DNA of 64,000 nucleotides from Armatimonadota bacterium. Lineage in GTDB: Bacteria; Armatimonadota; HRBIN16. This document shows, piece after piece, positions 1 to 9,201 of the stretch. Under the pieces are notes generated by a model. It was not told where the DNA came from. It saw nothing but the letters and a program-made list of their open reading frames with translations, and ran no database searches. Numbering within the stretch: position 1 is the stretch's first letter; every line of letters starts with the position of its first letter. The stretch is from assembly GCA_963677485.1 (NCBI GenBank), contig OY781964.1, positions 1,216,001 to 1,280,000 on the forward strand. Reading direction: 5' to 3'. Both the position numbers and the translations under genes were made by a program.

Positions 1-102
1 GTGAAGCGTATCTGCGAGTTCTATGGCGGCAAGGTTTGGGTTGAATCACAGCTTGGCGAAGGTGCTTGTTTCTGCTTCACCCTGCCGAATGTGATCACCT
101 AA
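1..102 (+). CDS. C-terminal end of a sensor histidine kinase (HATPase_c), partial
   Basis: Frame 1 reads VKRICEFYGGKVWVESQLGEGACFCFTLPNVIT-stop, a typical histidine kinase C-terminus (GGxIWVESxxGxGxxFxFTLP). The gene begins before the window. Confidence 0.85.
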   Translation: MKRICEFYGGKVWVESQLGEGACFCFTLPNVIT

Positions 103-148
103 CCGGTTGCCTACTCCTGTTCTCCCTGCCTCCTGGTAAGTCATTTGG

Positions 149-628
149 TTGCCGTTGTCCGGGGCGGTTTTCCCCACACCGCGCCGGTCTTGATATCTTC
201 GGGACAAGTGGATTCAGGCTATCCGCCAGACCGGCGCAGTCTTGAGCCGTCTGCAACCGCTAACCTGCGCACAGACCGCCCCGGACAGTGGCAACGCATT
301 CCCACTGCTCTGAAGCATTATTTGCCGTTGTCCGGGGCGGTTATCTCCACACCGCGCCGGTCTTGATATCTCGGGACAAGTGGATTCAGGCTATCCGCCA
401 GACCGGCGCAGTCTTGAGCCGTCTGCAACCGCTAACCTGCGCACAGACCGCCCCGGACAGTGGCAACGCATTCCCACTGCTCTGAAGCATTATTTGCCGT
501 TGTCCGGGGCGGTTTTCCCCACACCGCGCCGGTCTTGATATCTTGGGACAAGTGGTTTCAGGCTATCCGCCAGACCGGCGCGGTCTTGAGCCGTCTGCAA
601 CCGCTAGCCTGCGCACAGACCGCCCCGG
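149..628. repeat. Tandem array of about 3 copies of a 146-bp palindromic MITE/REPIN-like element (family A), period 172-173 bp
   Basis: Units start at 149, 322 and 494. Terminal inverted repeats ttgccgttgtccggggcggt / accgccccggacagtggcaa; internal IR ccgcgccggtct / agaccggcgc(a/g)g; identical 27-bp linker between units. Confidence 0.9.
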
Positions 629-637
629 TCTTAGGCA

Positions 638-815
638 ATCCATTCGCGTTCATTCGTGTTCATCCGTGGTTTAAATGGTCCCCTGATAAGACGGGTAGGA
701 CGAGTAGGACGAGTGGGACATTACGTTGCGCCTTTGCACCCTTGCGCCTTTGCGTTGGGTCGCCAGACCTCCTATTCTCCTCGCCCCCTTCTCTCCTTCC
801 TCCCCCTGGCCCCCC
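638..815. repeat. Cluster of short (7-9 nt) imperfect tandem repeats
   Basis: ttcgcgttcattcgtgttcatccgtgg; gacgggtaggacgagtaggacgagtgggac; ttgcgcctttgcacccttgcgcctttgcg; a pyrimidine-rich tract. Confidence 0.7.
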
Positions 816-1051
816 AATTTCCATCCTCGTCACAATGCTAGATTATCGCAAAAACTGGTATATTTACTCTATTTATCTGTCATTTTGTGCTCATTACGAC
901 GTTTATTATCTGATATTAAAGGTATACTAGGACACAAGCAAAAATGACTTGAAGCAGCAACCGTACCACCCTCCGACATCCGTCGGGCGATAAGCACAGC
1001 CAGTATCATGCTGGTTACGAACACAGAAAATCAGTAAGAAAGAGTGAAGCA

Positions 1052-2089
1052 ATGAATGTTTTCACAATAAAACTACAGACCGTCGCGTTGATGACATTGA
1101 CGACCGCTGTATACGCCTCACCGATCGTCATTCCTAAGGGAACGGTCATCCCCGTGGTTCTAGATACCCAGCTCAGCTCCGCCACAAACCAGCAAGGCGA
1201 CATCTTTTATGCCTACCACGAAGGTGCCAATGGAGCCGGCTTTCCCGAGTATTCCAATTTCACCGGGAAAATCAAGTCAGTAACGAAAGCCACAGGCGGT
1301 AAAGCCGGGCAGATCGACGCACGCTTTACCCTCGTGCATCTACCTGATGGAACCTCGATACCGATCCGCGGCCAGCTCACGTCAATGGACAAGACCAATG
1401 TTAAGACCGATACCAAATCTGGCAGGTTGATTGGCACAGCCAACGCAAATAACAACCCAGGCAAGTTCATTGCTATCGGTGCAGGAGCAGGGCTTCTAGC
1501 TGGTCAGCTTGGATGGAAGAAACCGCTGATCGGCACCTTGATAGGAGCCGCGGCAGGATACATATACAGTACTACCCAGAACAAGGCTGCTGTTGGTAAA
1601 GACGTAGTGGTAAAGTCAGGAACACCGTTTGGGATTTTACTGACACAAAAAGTCACACTTCCAGAACTCAGGGCAGCAGATGCCGTCTCTGAGGAAGATG
1701 CCGTTACTGATGAAGACACCAGTACGAGCTCCGATGATAACGGCACAAGCAGTAGCGACGGCTGGCGAGTCAGTTTTAACTCCTTGCAGCCCATCATGAG
1801 CGGTAATAACCTGATGGTACCTTTCCGTTCAGTGATGGACTCAATCGACATGCCATTTAGTTACAACGCTGCCAGCAGGACTCTATCGATGAGCCGACCC
1901 AACACAGACCAGGCCGTACATACAGCCGTAGGCACCAGTCTTGTTTACGTAGACGGTATCGCCACCAGATTTAACACTTCATCGAGGATGATCAACGGCA
2001 ATGTATACGTGCCTGCAAGCTACATTGAGCTGATCACACAGAAAACAGCCTACTGGAACCATGATACAGGCATCCTGCGCCTCCAATAA
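1052..2089 (+). CDS. Secreted protein with TrbI/VirB10-like beta region, glycine-zipper segment and C-terminal copper amine oxidase N-terminal (stalk) domain
   Basis: Signal peptide; IPKGTVIPVVLDTQLSS; GAGAGLLAG/GTLIGAAAG; C-terminal PIMSGNNLMVPFRSV...INGNVYVPASYI. Confidence 0.65.
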   Translation: MNVFTIKLQTVALMTLTTAVYASPIVIPKGTVIPVVLDTQLSSATNQQGDIFYAYHEGANGAGFPEYSNFTGKIKSVTKATGGKAGQIDARFTLVHLPDGTSIPIRGQLTSMDKTNVKTDTKSGRLIGTANANNNPGKFIAIGAGAGLLAGQLGWKKPLIGTLIGAAAGYIYSTTQNKAAVGKDVVVKSGTPFGILLTQKVTLPELRAADAVSEEDAVTDEDTSTSSDDNGTSSSDGWRVSFNSLQPIMSGNNLMVPFRSVMDSIDMPFSYNAASRTLSMSRPNTDQAVHTAVGTSLVYVDGIATRFNTSSRMINGNVYVPASYIELITQKTAYWNHDTGILRLQ

Positions 2090-2177
2090 GCACAACTGAT
2101 CAACCGATCCTATGACGATCGCAAGAGGTAGATAACCAGCTCTACCTCCTGCGGAATCCACAATGGAGGCTCTAAAT

Positions 2178-3845
2178 ATGAAACTTCTGAAAATAATGAT
2201 ACCTGGCCTGATTTTGATGGCCGCCGCATCTGCGATGCCCCAAGCCCTGAATGTGACCATCGATGGCACCCCCGTACGATTTATTGGCACTCAACCCATG
2301 GCAGTGCAGGGACGGGTGATGGTGCCGTTGCGCGGTGTTCTGGAGCAGATGGGTGCATTTGTTGGCTGGGACGCCATCACACGTACGGTCTTTGCGCAGA
2401 AGAGCGACGTTGATGTGCAGTTACCCATCGGTTCTCGAAGCGCAACGGTGAATGGTCGTTCTGTGGCACTTGATGTGCCCGCTCAGATCATCGGGGGCAG
2501 CACGATGGTTCCGCTGCGATTTCTAGGCGAAACGCTCGGTGCTGAAGTCGCATGGAATTACGCGACACGGACCGTCACCATCGCCACGGGCTCTGACAGC
2601 GGCGGAAATAACGGCAACGGCTCCACAACCCCAGATAGTTCGGACGCTATCAGCTCATTCACCCATGATGGATCGAATTGGCTAAAGGCTGGTTCTACCC
2701 TTAAGGTCGTCATGAAAGGCACCGCCGGAGGAACTGCTACTTTTGGTATCCCCGGCATCGTAGATAAGGTGGCCATGAAGGAAGTCTCCAGTGGACGATA
2801 CGAATGCAGCTGGATTGTGCCATCAGGCAAAAGCCTTGTAGTGACTGGTGGCAAAGTGATTGGGCAGCTTCGCACCGGCTCAGTTCAGAAGTTGATCGAG
2901 GCTAGCGAGCCGGTTTCTATCGATACGCTGGCCCCGAAGATACTGAACAGCACCCCAGATCCGGACAGCACGGTCGCCACCGCACGGCCGACCATATCGG
3001 TCGTCACTGAAGACAGCGGCAGCGGCGTCGCCACTGAGAAGGTGTTGATGACCGTCAATGGGGAAGATGTCACAGATGCTGCCAGCATCACGCGAAACTT
3101 CACCAGTTACCGGCCACAGACAGCACTCAAGGCCAAGAACAATAAGGCCAAAGTGACAGTGTATGATCTGGCTGGCAACTACACAAGCCAGACATGGTCC
3201 TTCGATGTGCAAGGTGCCGGAAGTGTCATTACCTCGTTTACCCACTCCGACGTCACCAACATGCAGCCGGGTGATGTCATCACCGCTGAGATGAGGGGCA
3301 AAGCCAAAGGAATAGCGAGCTTCGTCATCACATCACAGGCTGGCAATATCATCGTCACTAAAGCGATGCAGGAGACATCAGCGGGTGTGTATGAAGGTGA
3401 ATATACGATCCGGAAAAACCAGGATATCAATGGCGCGACGATCTCCGGCACACTCAAGGTCGCCTCTGGGCAGGTCTACACTGTGCAAGCCGAGGGTATC
3501 ATCAATGCCCCTGCATTGACAAACGGCAATCTGCCAGTGATCACATCACCTAAAGAAGGCAATACGGTCACCACACCGTTCGTGATTACAGGTAAGGCAT
3601 CACCTAACACAAGCGTACGAATCACGGTGGAATACTCAACCAAGGTTCTGGGTCTGTTTGAGACCAATGGGGCATTAACAGATCAGATTGCGAACACGGA
3701 TGCTAAAGGCGTCTTCACATCGAGTGATATCAACATGGCGACCCTCATCAAAGGGTCGAATACCATATACACCATTAACGTGACCTCAGTGAGTGCCAAT
3801 GGCGAGGAGTCAGAACCCACTACGGTTTCGGTCAAAGGCAAGTAG
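2178..3845 (+). CDS. Secreted protein with copper amine oxidase N-terminal (stalk) domain and Ig-like domains
   Basis: Signal peptide; GRVMVPLRGVLEQMGA and GSTMVPLRFLGETLGAEVAW; repeated ITSFTH...MxExSxGxYEG modules; RBS ggagg upstream. Confidence 0.8.
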   Translation: MKLLKIMIPGLILMAAASAMPQALNVTIDGTPVRFIGTQPMAVQGRVMVPLRGVLEQMGAFVGWDAITRTVFAQKSDVDVQLPIGSRSATVNGRSVALDVPAQIIGGSTMVPLRFLGETLGAEVAWNYATRTVTIATGSDSGGNNGNGSTTPDSSDAISSFTHDGSNWLKAGSTLKVVMKGTAGGTATFGIPGIVDKVAMKEVSSGRYECSWIVPSGKSLVVTGGKVIGQLRTGSVQKLIEASEPVSIDTLAPKILNSTPDPDSTVATARPTISVVTEDSGSGVATEKVLMTVNGEDVTDAASITRNFTSYRPQTALKAKNNKAKVTVYDLAGNYTSQTWSFDVQGAGSVITSFTHSDVTNMQPGDVITAEMRGKAKGIASFVITSQAGNIIVTKAMQETSAGVYEGEYTIRKNQDINGATISGTLKVASGQVYTVQAEGIINAPALTNGNLPVITSPKEGNTVTTPFVITGKASPNTSVRITVEYSTKVLGLFETNGALTDQIANTDAKGVFTSSDINMATLIKGSNTIYTINVTSVSANGEESEPTTVSVKGK

Positions 3846-3945
3846 CTCTAGCCATCGAAGGATGGGTTATGAATCACCCGCACTCTGTAATCAAACCCAG
3901 GTGCTCTATGCAGCTTAGCTGTCACGATAGGAAAAGGAATACCAA

Positions 3946-4350
3946 ATGAGTAACTACACGCAAGACCCGACAGGCGAGAGATCCGCCTGGCAGACCATGG
4001 TGATCATATTGGTGGTGATCATCGCAGCATTGATGATCGGCTATTTCGCATGGTGGGCACCCAGTAGGGAATCGACAACCTATGTCACACCATCCACTCA
4101 AGGTAGTCAGGGTGCTCAAGGCGTTCAAGGAGCAGCTGGAACCCCGGCCGCACCTGCTGCGCCCGGAGCGACAGGCGCCACGGGTGCTACTGGTGCTAAG
4201 GGCAACACCGGAGCCACCGGTGATACTGGATCCACAGGCGACCAGGGAACACCTGGCGCGACTGGTGCAGAAGGTGCGACCGGGGCCGCTGGGGCAGTAG
4301 GTGCCGAAGGCGCCCCTGCCGCAGAGGCACCAGCCCCGAGCAGCCGATAG
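3946..4350 (+). CDS. Single-pass membrane protein with collagen-like G-X-Y repeats
   Basis: N-terminal TM helix followed by [37 protein letters not shown]; RBS aagga. Confidence 0.8.
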   Translation: MSNYTQDPTGERSAWQTMVIILVVIIAALMIGYFAWWAPSRESTTYVTPSTQGSQGAQGVQGAAGTPAAPAAPGATGATGATGAKGNTGATGDTGSTGDQGTPGATGAEGATGAAGAVGAEGAPAAEAPAPSSR

Positions 4351-4363
4351 TTATCGATCAACA

Positions 4364-4398
4364 ACCTCGTCCTTGCCATCTACTGGCAAGGACGAGGT
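4364..4398. terminator. Strong hairpin after the collagen-like gene (terminator or mRNA stabiliser)
   Basis: Perfect 15-bp stem acctcgtccttgcca / tggcaaggacgaggt; no clear U-tract. Confidence 0.55.
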
Positions 4399-4476
4399 GA
4401 ACGCCGTGTCGGATGCCGAATAAGCTCAGGCGTGGCTCTGTCAATATATGGCCGTGGAAGGCCGGAGGTTCATTAT

Positions 4477-4626
4477 ATGCTTAGAACTGTATTCGTCGTG
4501 TTACTAGTCTTGTGGCTGGTAGGGTTGCTGGGCCATATCGGGGGGGCCATGATCCACACCATCCTGGTGATCGCTGTCGTCGCGTTGATTCTTGATGTCG
4601 TGGGCAGCCGGAGAAGTGTGCTTTAG
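4477..4626 (+). CDS. Small membrane protein, lmo0937/DUF5670 family
   Basis: MLRTVFVVLLVLWLVGLLGHIGGAMIHTILVIAVVALI matches the family pattern; RBS ggagg. Confidence 0.75.
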   Translation: MLRTVFVVLLVLWLVGLLGHIGGAMIHTILVIAVVALILDVVGSRRSVL

Positions 4627-4636
4627 GACTGACAGG

Positions 4637-4770
4637 AACAAGCACCCGCCTGTGCTGGCACGGCAGCCCAGGCTGTAACGGATACGCTCGTAGGGGCGCC
4701 TCTTGTGGGCGCCCTAATCGTTGTTTATCCCATAGCTCTTGTTTAGGGCGCCCACAAGGGACGCCCCTAC
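4637..4770. repeat. Composite repeat: family C module plus an inverted pair of GTAG-type REPs (REPIN-like)
   Basis: gtaggggcgcctcttgtgggcgcccta (4690-4716) and tagggcgcccacaagggacgcccctac (4744-4770). A reverse-complement copy of the whole composite lies at 57619-57753. Confidence 0.85.
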
Positions 4771-4824
4771 GAGCGGCTATTTACAATTAACTACAGCAAA
4801 GGCAGCCATGAGCTCAAGGCGGTG

Positions 4825-6444
4825 CTATTCGCCGCCAGCCAGGTCGATAGCGAAGAAGGCGGGGCTCAGCCGTTCACCGGTGATCTGCTCCAGCAACTCA
4901 TCCCAATGCACGCTTTTGCCCGCTGCGAACAATCCATCACACAGATACTTGCCCGTCTCCGGGCTACTAATCATCTGCTCATCGCTTAGCCCCTGCCGAC
5001 GTAAATCCGCCAGCAACTGCGAGGCCATCATTTCACCCAGGATGTAGTTCTGGTAATAGGCGGGGGCGATCGACAGGTGGATTTTCGTGGCCCAGTCGGC
5101 ATCTGCCTCGCTGCGAGGCGTGTAGACCATCTGGTATTTCTGCACGACCTCCCACCACATCCGGTTTAAATCAGCTTCAGGATGGGCATACAGCCGACGC
5201 TCGAACTCGCACATCACCAGCACCCAGCGTGTGAACACCAGCAGCTCCTGACGTAACTGCGCCTGAAGCAGCGGCCCGATCTGCTGAACCAGCTCAGCCT
5301 CCAAGCCGCTATACATGCTCAGCCAGGCAGTGTTCTTCGTAAAGCGGCCCATCAGTTCGGCCACGGCCTCTGTGCTGAGGGTGTGGGCGGGCTCACGCAG
5401 GAAGAAGGGCAGCTCTTGGTCGATATATTTGTCATACACGGCGTGACCAAGCTCGTGCAGCATCGTGCTGAGCCAGCGCTCGGTGCCGCGCAGGTTGCAC
5501 AGAATGCGGATGTCCTGGGCGCGGTCGATGTTCGTGCAGAAGGCATGCTGGCATTTCCCATCGCGTTCATATAGATCACTGCGCGCCATGATGTCCGACA
5601 CATCCATCCCGATGTTTTCATAGAACCCGCTGCAGATCTCCTCGATCGGCAGCTCTTCAAACGCCTTGCCGATCTGCTGGTCACTGGCGGGCACACTTTG
5701 AAAGAAGGGGTCACCATAATGGCCAGGATGAAGCTGCTCTACCGGTATTCCGAACTTTTGTGAGAGCTTGACATCCAACTGCTGCTTGAACTGCGCATAG
5801 GGCTCACGTGTGAGTTCATCCAACTGCTCCAGCAGCTCCGCCAGATGCTGCGGCTCCAGCTCCTGAAGCTCAATCGCCATGCTGTAGTAGTCATTGAAAC
5901 CCAAGCGGACGGCTTCCCTGTTGCGGATGTTCACCAGCTCCAGCAGTTTGGGTGCGACTAACGGGCCGATCTGCTTGCTGGCCTCCCAGGCGCGCTGGCA
6001 CCGGGACGGGTCATCGCTGTGCTCCAGCACGGCCGCCAGCTCGTTGTCAGAGCAGGCGTTGCCATCAAGCACAGCCCGGAAATTGTTGAAAATCTGCCCG
6101 AGTTCCGTTTCCAGTTGGGTAATCTGCGTGATGGCCTCTGGGCTGATCTGCCCGGCCTGAAACTCGCGGTAGAGTAGCTCATACTGCCGACGCTGTAGCT
6201 CATCCTCGATCTCACCTGCCCGCAACTCGCTGACGACGGCGAAATGCTGCGGATCGGCGAACACCGAGGCAAGCTGCTCTCCCAGCTCAGCGGTGCGTGC
6301 GGCCTGAGCCTCATCACCGGTCAGGTTAAGCAGCCAACTGGATTCGGCATATTGTTGGGCGAGGGGTTGTATGATGGCTTGCAAATGCATTAAATACCCC
6401 TGCGCAGGTTGACTGGCAGGGGTTTTGTTCTGGTCTATGCTCAT
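4825..6444 (-). CDS. M2/M3-type zinc metallopeptidase (oligoendopeptidase-like)
   Basis: GKCQHAFC, HELGH zinc motif, downstream TEAVA glutamate, H...YYQNY motif. Confidence 0.85.
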   Translation of the reverse strand: MSIDQNKTPASQPAQGYLMHLQAIIQPLAQQYAESSWLLNLTGDEAQAARTAELGEQLASVFADPQHFAVVSELRAGEIEDELQRRQYELLYREFQAGQISPEAITQITQLETELGQIFNNFRAVLDGNACSDNELAAVLEHSDDPSRCQRAWEASKQIGPLVAPKLLELVNIRNREAVRLGFNDYYSMAIELQELEPQHLAELLEQLDELTREPYAQFKQQLDVKLSQKFGIPVEQLHPGHYGDPFFQSVPASDQQIGKAFEELPIEEICSGFYENIGMDVSDIMARSDLYERDGKCQHAFCTNIDRAQDIRILCNLRGTERWLSTMLHELGHAVYDKYIDQELPFFLREPAHTLSTEAVAELMGRFTKNTAWLSMYSGLEAELVQQIGPLLQAQLRQELLVFTRWVLVMCEFERRLYAHPEADLNRMWWEVVQKYQMVYTPRSEADADWATKIHLSIAPAYYQNYILGEMMASQLLADLRRQGLSDEQMISSPETGKYLCDGLFAAGKSVHWDELLEQITGERLSPAFFAIDLAGGE

Positions 6445-6454
6445 GAACCGGCGG

Positions 6455-6781
6455 CTATTTCAGCATCTGCAATATCATCAGCATGGGGCTGGTGGCGTAC
6501 ACACTGTGCGGTAGTTTAGCTTCCATGTAGCAGAAGAAGCCAGCGGGGGCAGGAACCGGTGTGGCATCACCCAACCCTACCGTGGCGTCGCCCTTGATGA
6601 TCTGAATGATGGCCGGTATGGAGGCGGTGTGCTGGGAAAGCTCCTGGCCGGTATCAAACGCGAAAAGAAGTATCTTGATGGAATCAGCTTCCCATAATGT
6701 CTTGCTGAGTATCCCATTTTCGGGGATAGGGGTGTTGGTGATATCTGGGTCTACCACGTATGATTTGGGTGTCTGACTCAT
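6455..6781 (-). CDS. Cupin domain protein
   Basis: FAFDTGQELSQHTA...MEAKLPHSVYA cupin motifs. Confidence 0.85.
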   Translation of the reverse strand: MSQTPKSYVVDPDITNTPIPENGILSKTLWEADSIKILLFAFDTGQELSQHTASIPAIIQIIKGDATVGLGDATPVPAPAGFFCYMEAKLPHSVYATSPMLMILQMLK

Positions 6782-6829
6782 TGGGGTTCCTCCGGTGTTG
6801 GTTTTTATTAATGGTACCCGATCCGGCCA

Positions 6830-7528
6830 TCAATAGCGTACATAACTCCCTTTACGGTAATACGCACGCAGCAGCCTGTCTTTACCCATGACCGTTATGG
6901 TTAATAAGCCCGCAATGAACCCGCCGACATGCGCCCACGTCGCCACACCAGGTTGCGGCATCAGTAGTTGAAATACGAACCATATACCAAGCATCACGAC
7001 AGCCGGCACAGAGATCACCGTGATAATAAAGGTGAACAACAGAACCCGCACCCGGGCATGAGGGAACAGAACCGCGTAGCTGCCCAGAACCCCCGCAATG
7101 GCTCCGCTGGCACCCAGGGTGGGGATATTGCTGCCGATATTGATCGCGGCGTGAAACAGAGCCGCCACCGCTCCCCAGAACAGGTAGAGCACGATGAAGC
7201 GGCCATGACCGACGACATCCTCTATGTTATTGCCAAATATCCACAGAAAAAGCATGTTTCCTAGCAGGTGCATCCAGCCTCCATGCAGAAACATTGAGGT
7301 GAAGATTGTGACGACCGAGGGATCATAGGTCTGAACGATTGTATGCTTGCATACGTCCAAAAGTTTGCAAGGCACCATAGTAAATGCTATAAGTGCGTTA
7401 GGAGCTCCGGGGCCGAGAATGCGGTCCCACAAAAATAACAGGATGTTAATGATGATCAGAGCAATAGTGACCACCGGGACGCTTTTAGTTGGGTTATCAT
7501 CACCTATGGGAATCATGGTATAAACCAC
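6830..7528 (-). CDS. Rhomboid family intramembrane serine protease
   Basis: FLHGGWMHLLGNMLFLWIFG, GASGAIAG, WAHVGGF. Confidence 0.92.
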   Translation of the reverse strand: MVYTMIPIGDDNPTKSVPVVTIALIIINILLFLWDRILGPGAPNALIAFTMVPCKLLDVCKHTIVQTYDPSVVTIFTSMFLHGGWMHLLGNMLFLWIFGNNIEDVVGHGRFIVLYLFWGAVAALFHAAINIGSNIPTLGASGAIAGVLGSYAVLFPHARVRVLLFTFIITVISVPAVVMLGIWFVFQLLMPQPGVATWAHVGGFIAGLLTITVMGKDRLLRAYYRKGSYVRY

Positions 7529-7614
7529 TCTCCTTTATACATCTTGATACAATCCAAGTATACTGCATGGTAAGGCGCATCTATACGTCGAACCTTCTTA
7601 GAGGAGCAAAACCG

Positions 7615-8928
7615 ATGAGGATACCTTTAGCCTGTCTGGCAATATTCGTAACAGTTACCGCGGCGCAAGCGCAGCCTTTGTCAATAGTTCAAGCGGTAGA
7701 GACCGCGATGGCTAATCGTCCTTCGCTGGTGCGAGCCAGCCTCGCGGTGAAGTCGGCAAAGAACGCCGTCACTCAGGCCAGCTCAGCCTATTACCCCGAG
7801 GTGAGCACTGGCGGGCAATACACATACAAGCGCACCCGTAGTGACGTCACCGGCGGCGGTTCGGCTGTGGGAGTGATGGATCAGACCGACGCGAGTATCG
7901 ATGCCTCGATCAAGCTGTTTGATCTTGGTCAGCGAAACTGGACAGTCTCCAGCAGTAAGCGCGGGTATGAATCAGCACTCGAGGCTTATCGCGAAGAGAG
8001 GCAGCAGACGATCTTAGCCGTATCACAGGCATACATGAACGCCTATCTATATAAGCGTGTATACGACGTCCGCACCCAGCAGCTTGAGCGCACCTTAAAG
8101 GAGTCTGAGCTGATCCGGGCCCAGGTGGCCGAAGGAGCCAGTGCCAAGACGAACCTGCTTCAGGCGGAAGCCAGTGCGGCGAATGCCCAGGTGGCACTGC
8201 TGCAGGCTGATACCGATGCTCAAACCGCCATGACCAACCTGGCGGTGACGATGGGCTTAGGCGCCAAAGAGCAGTGGGAATTGACTCTGCCAGCGGTATT
8301 TGGCAACATGCGCTCGAACACCCCAGAAGCGGTTCTGAACTTGAGAGGCAGCACCCCTGCTGAGCAGTTAAACGTGGCGTTAGCCAACCGCCCCGATATG
8401 CGTATGAGCCGGTTGTCTGCAGAAATGAGCCGACTGAGTTATCGCACCACGGCAGCCAATTCTGGCGTGACCGTTAGCGGCAATGCCAGTACAAGCTACA
8501 ATTTTTCCCCTGGTGATAGCGATTCAGGAACAGTCATGGTGATGGCCAATATCCCGGTTTTTGATGCCGGTTCATCGAAAGCCACGAAGGACATCGCCAA
8601 AGCGAACTATGACAGCTCGATCCAGAATATGCGCACCACTGAACTGCAAGTGATGTCCGAGTTGGAGAACTACCGCTTGGAGCGCAAAAACGCAGCTTTA
8701 CGGCTCACCGCCGCTGAAACCGCGTTGAAGGTGAGTCAAAGCAACTACGACAGTGCACAGGAAAGTCTGAAAGAGGGCGTGGGCACCATCGTGGAAGTGC
8801 TGACCGCACGTGCTGCTTATACCGACGCCGAGGTCAACCTGGCTCAGGCACAGAGTGACAACACCATGAGTTTGATCAAATGGCAGACCGCGCTTGGCGA
8901 GGATGACATCATCACCAGCGAGAAGTAG
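7615..8928 (+). CDS. TolC family outer membrane efflux protein
   Basis: RBS gaggag, signal peptide, two OEP repeats (AVETAMANRPSL; ALANRPDMR; IPVFDAG; GVGTIVEVLTA). Confidence 0.85.
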   Translation: MRIPLACLAIFVTVTAAQAQPLSIVQAVETAMANRPSLVRASLAVKSAKNAVTQASSAYYPEVSTGGQYTYKRTRSDVTGGGSAVGVMDQTDASIDASIKLFDLGQRNWTVSSSKRGYESALEAYREERQQTILAVSQAYMNAYLYKRVYDVRTQQLERTLKESELIRAQVAEGASAKTNLLQAEASAANAQVALLQADTDAQTAMTNLAVTMGLGAKEQWELTLPAVFGNMRSNTPEAVLNLRGSTPAEQLNVALANRPDMRMSRLSAEMSRLSYRTTAANSGVTVSGNASTSYNFSPGDSDSGTVMVMANIPVFDAGSSKATKDIAKANYDSSIQNMRTTELQVMSELENYRLERKNAALRLTAAETALKVSQSNYDSAQESLKEGVGTIVEVLTARAAYTDAEVNLAQAQSDNTMSLIKWQTALGEDDIITSEK

Positions 8929-8950
8929 TCACCGCTCCCGTTTGTTTCGG

Positions 8951-8989
8951 AACCGCGTCAGTTTAACGACTGGCGCGGTTTTTTATTTT
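8951..8989 (+). terminator. Rho-independent terminator after tolC-like gene
   Basis: Stem aaccgcgtcagt / actggcgcggtt followed by a T-tract. Confidence 0.75.
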
Positions 8990-8999
8990 GGGAGAGGGT

Positions 9000-9196
9000 A
9001 ATCCACAGATGACACAGATTGCGCGGGGATTCTCAACGCAATGGCGCAAAGGTGCAAGGACGCAAAGGGAATATGAATGGCTGAGTCCAGGGCGGTCTGG
9101 CGTACAACGCCTAACGTCGTCCGCTACGAAAAGGGCAACCACGGGGCTTGGGCACGGCACGCCATGCCCCTACTGCCCTTCGCGTCTTCGCGTGAG
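9000..9196. repeat. Short tandem repeats plus a single GTAG-type REP between convergent genes
   Basis: cacagatgacacagat; cgcaatggcgcaaaggtgcaaggacgcaaag; gggcacggcacgccatgcccctac; cttcgcgtcttcgcgtg. Confidence 0.6.
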
Positions 9197-9201
9197 AAAA
9201 C

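Noticed and set aside
149-628. CRISPR array
   Set aside because: Units are about 172 bp with identical linkers, there are no unique spacers, and no cas genes are present.
145-947. Short ORFs in the repeat region (145-366, 288-485, 460-930, etc.)
   Set aside because: They are translations of non-coding repeats with a period not divisible by 3, and have no RBS or protein motifs.
7615-8928. Complete tripartite efflux or type I secretion system
   Set aside because: Only TolC is present, followed by a terminator. Orphan tolC genes are common.
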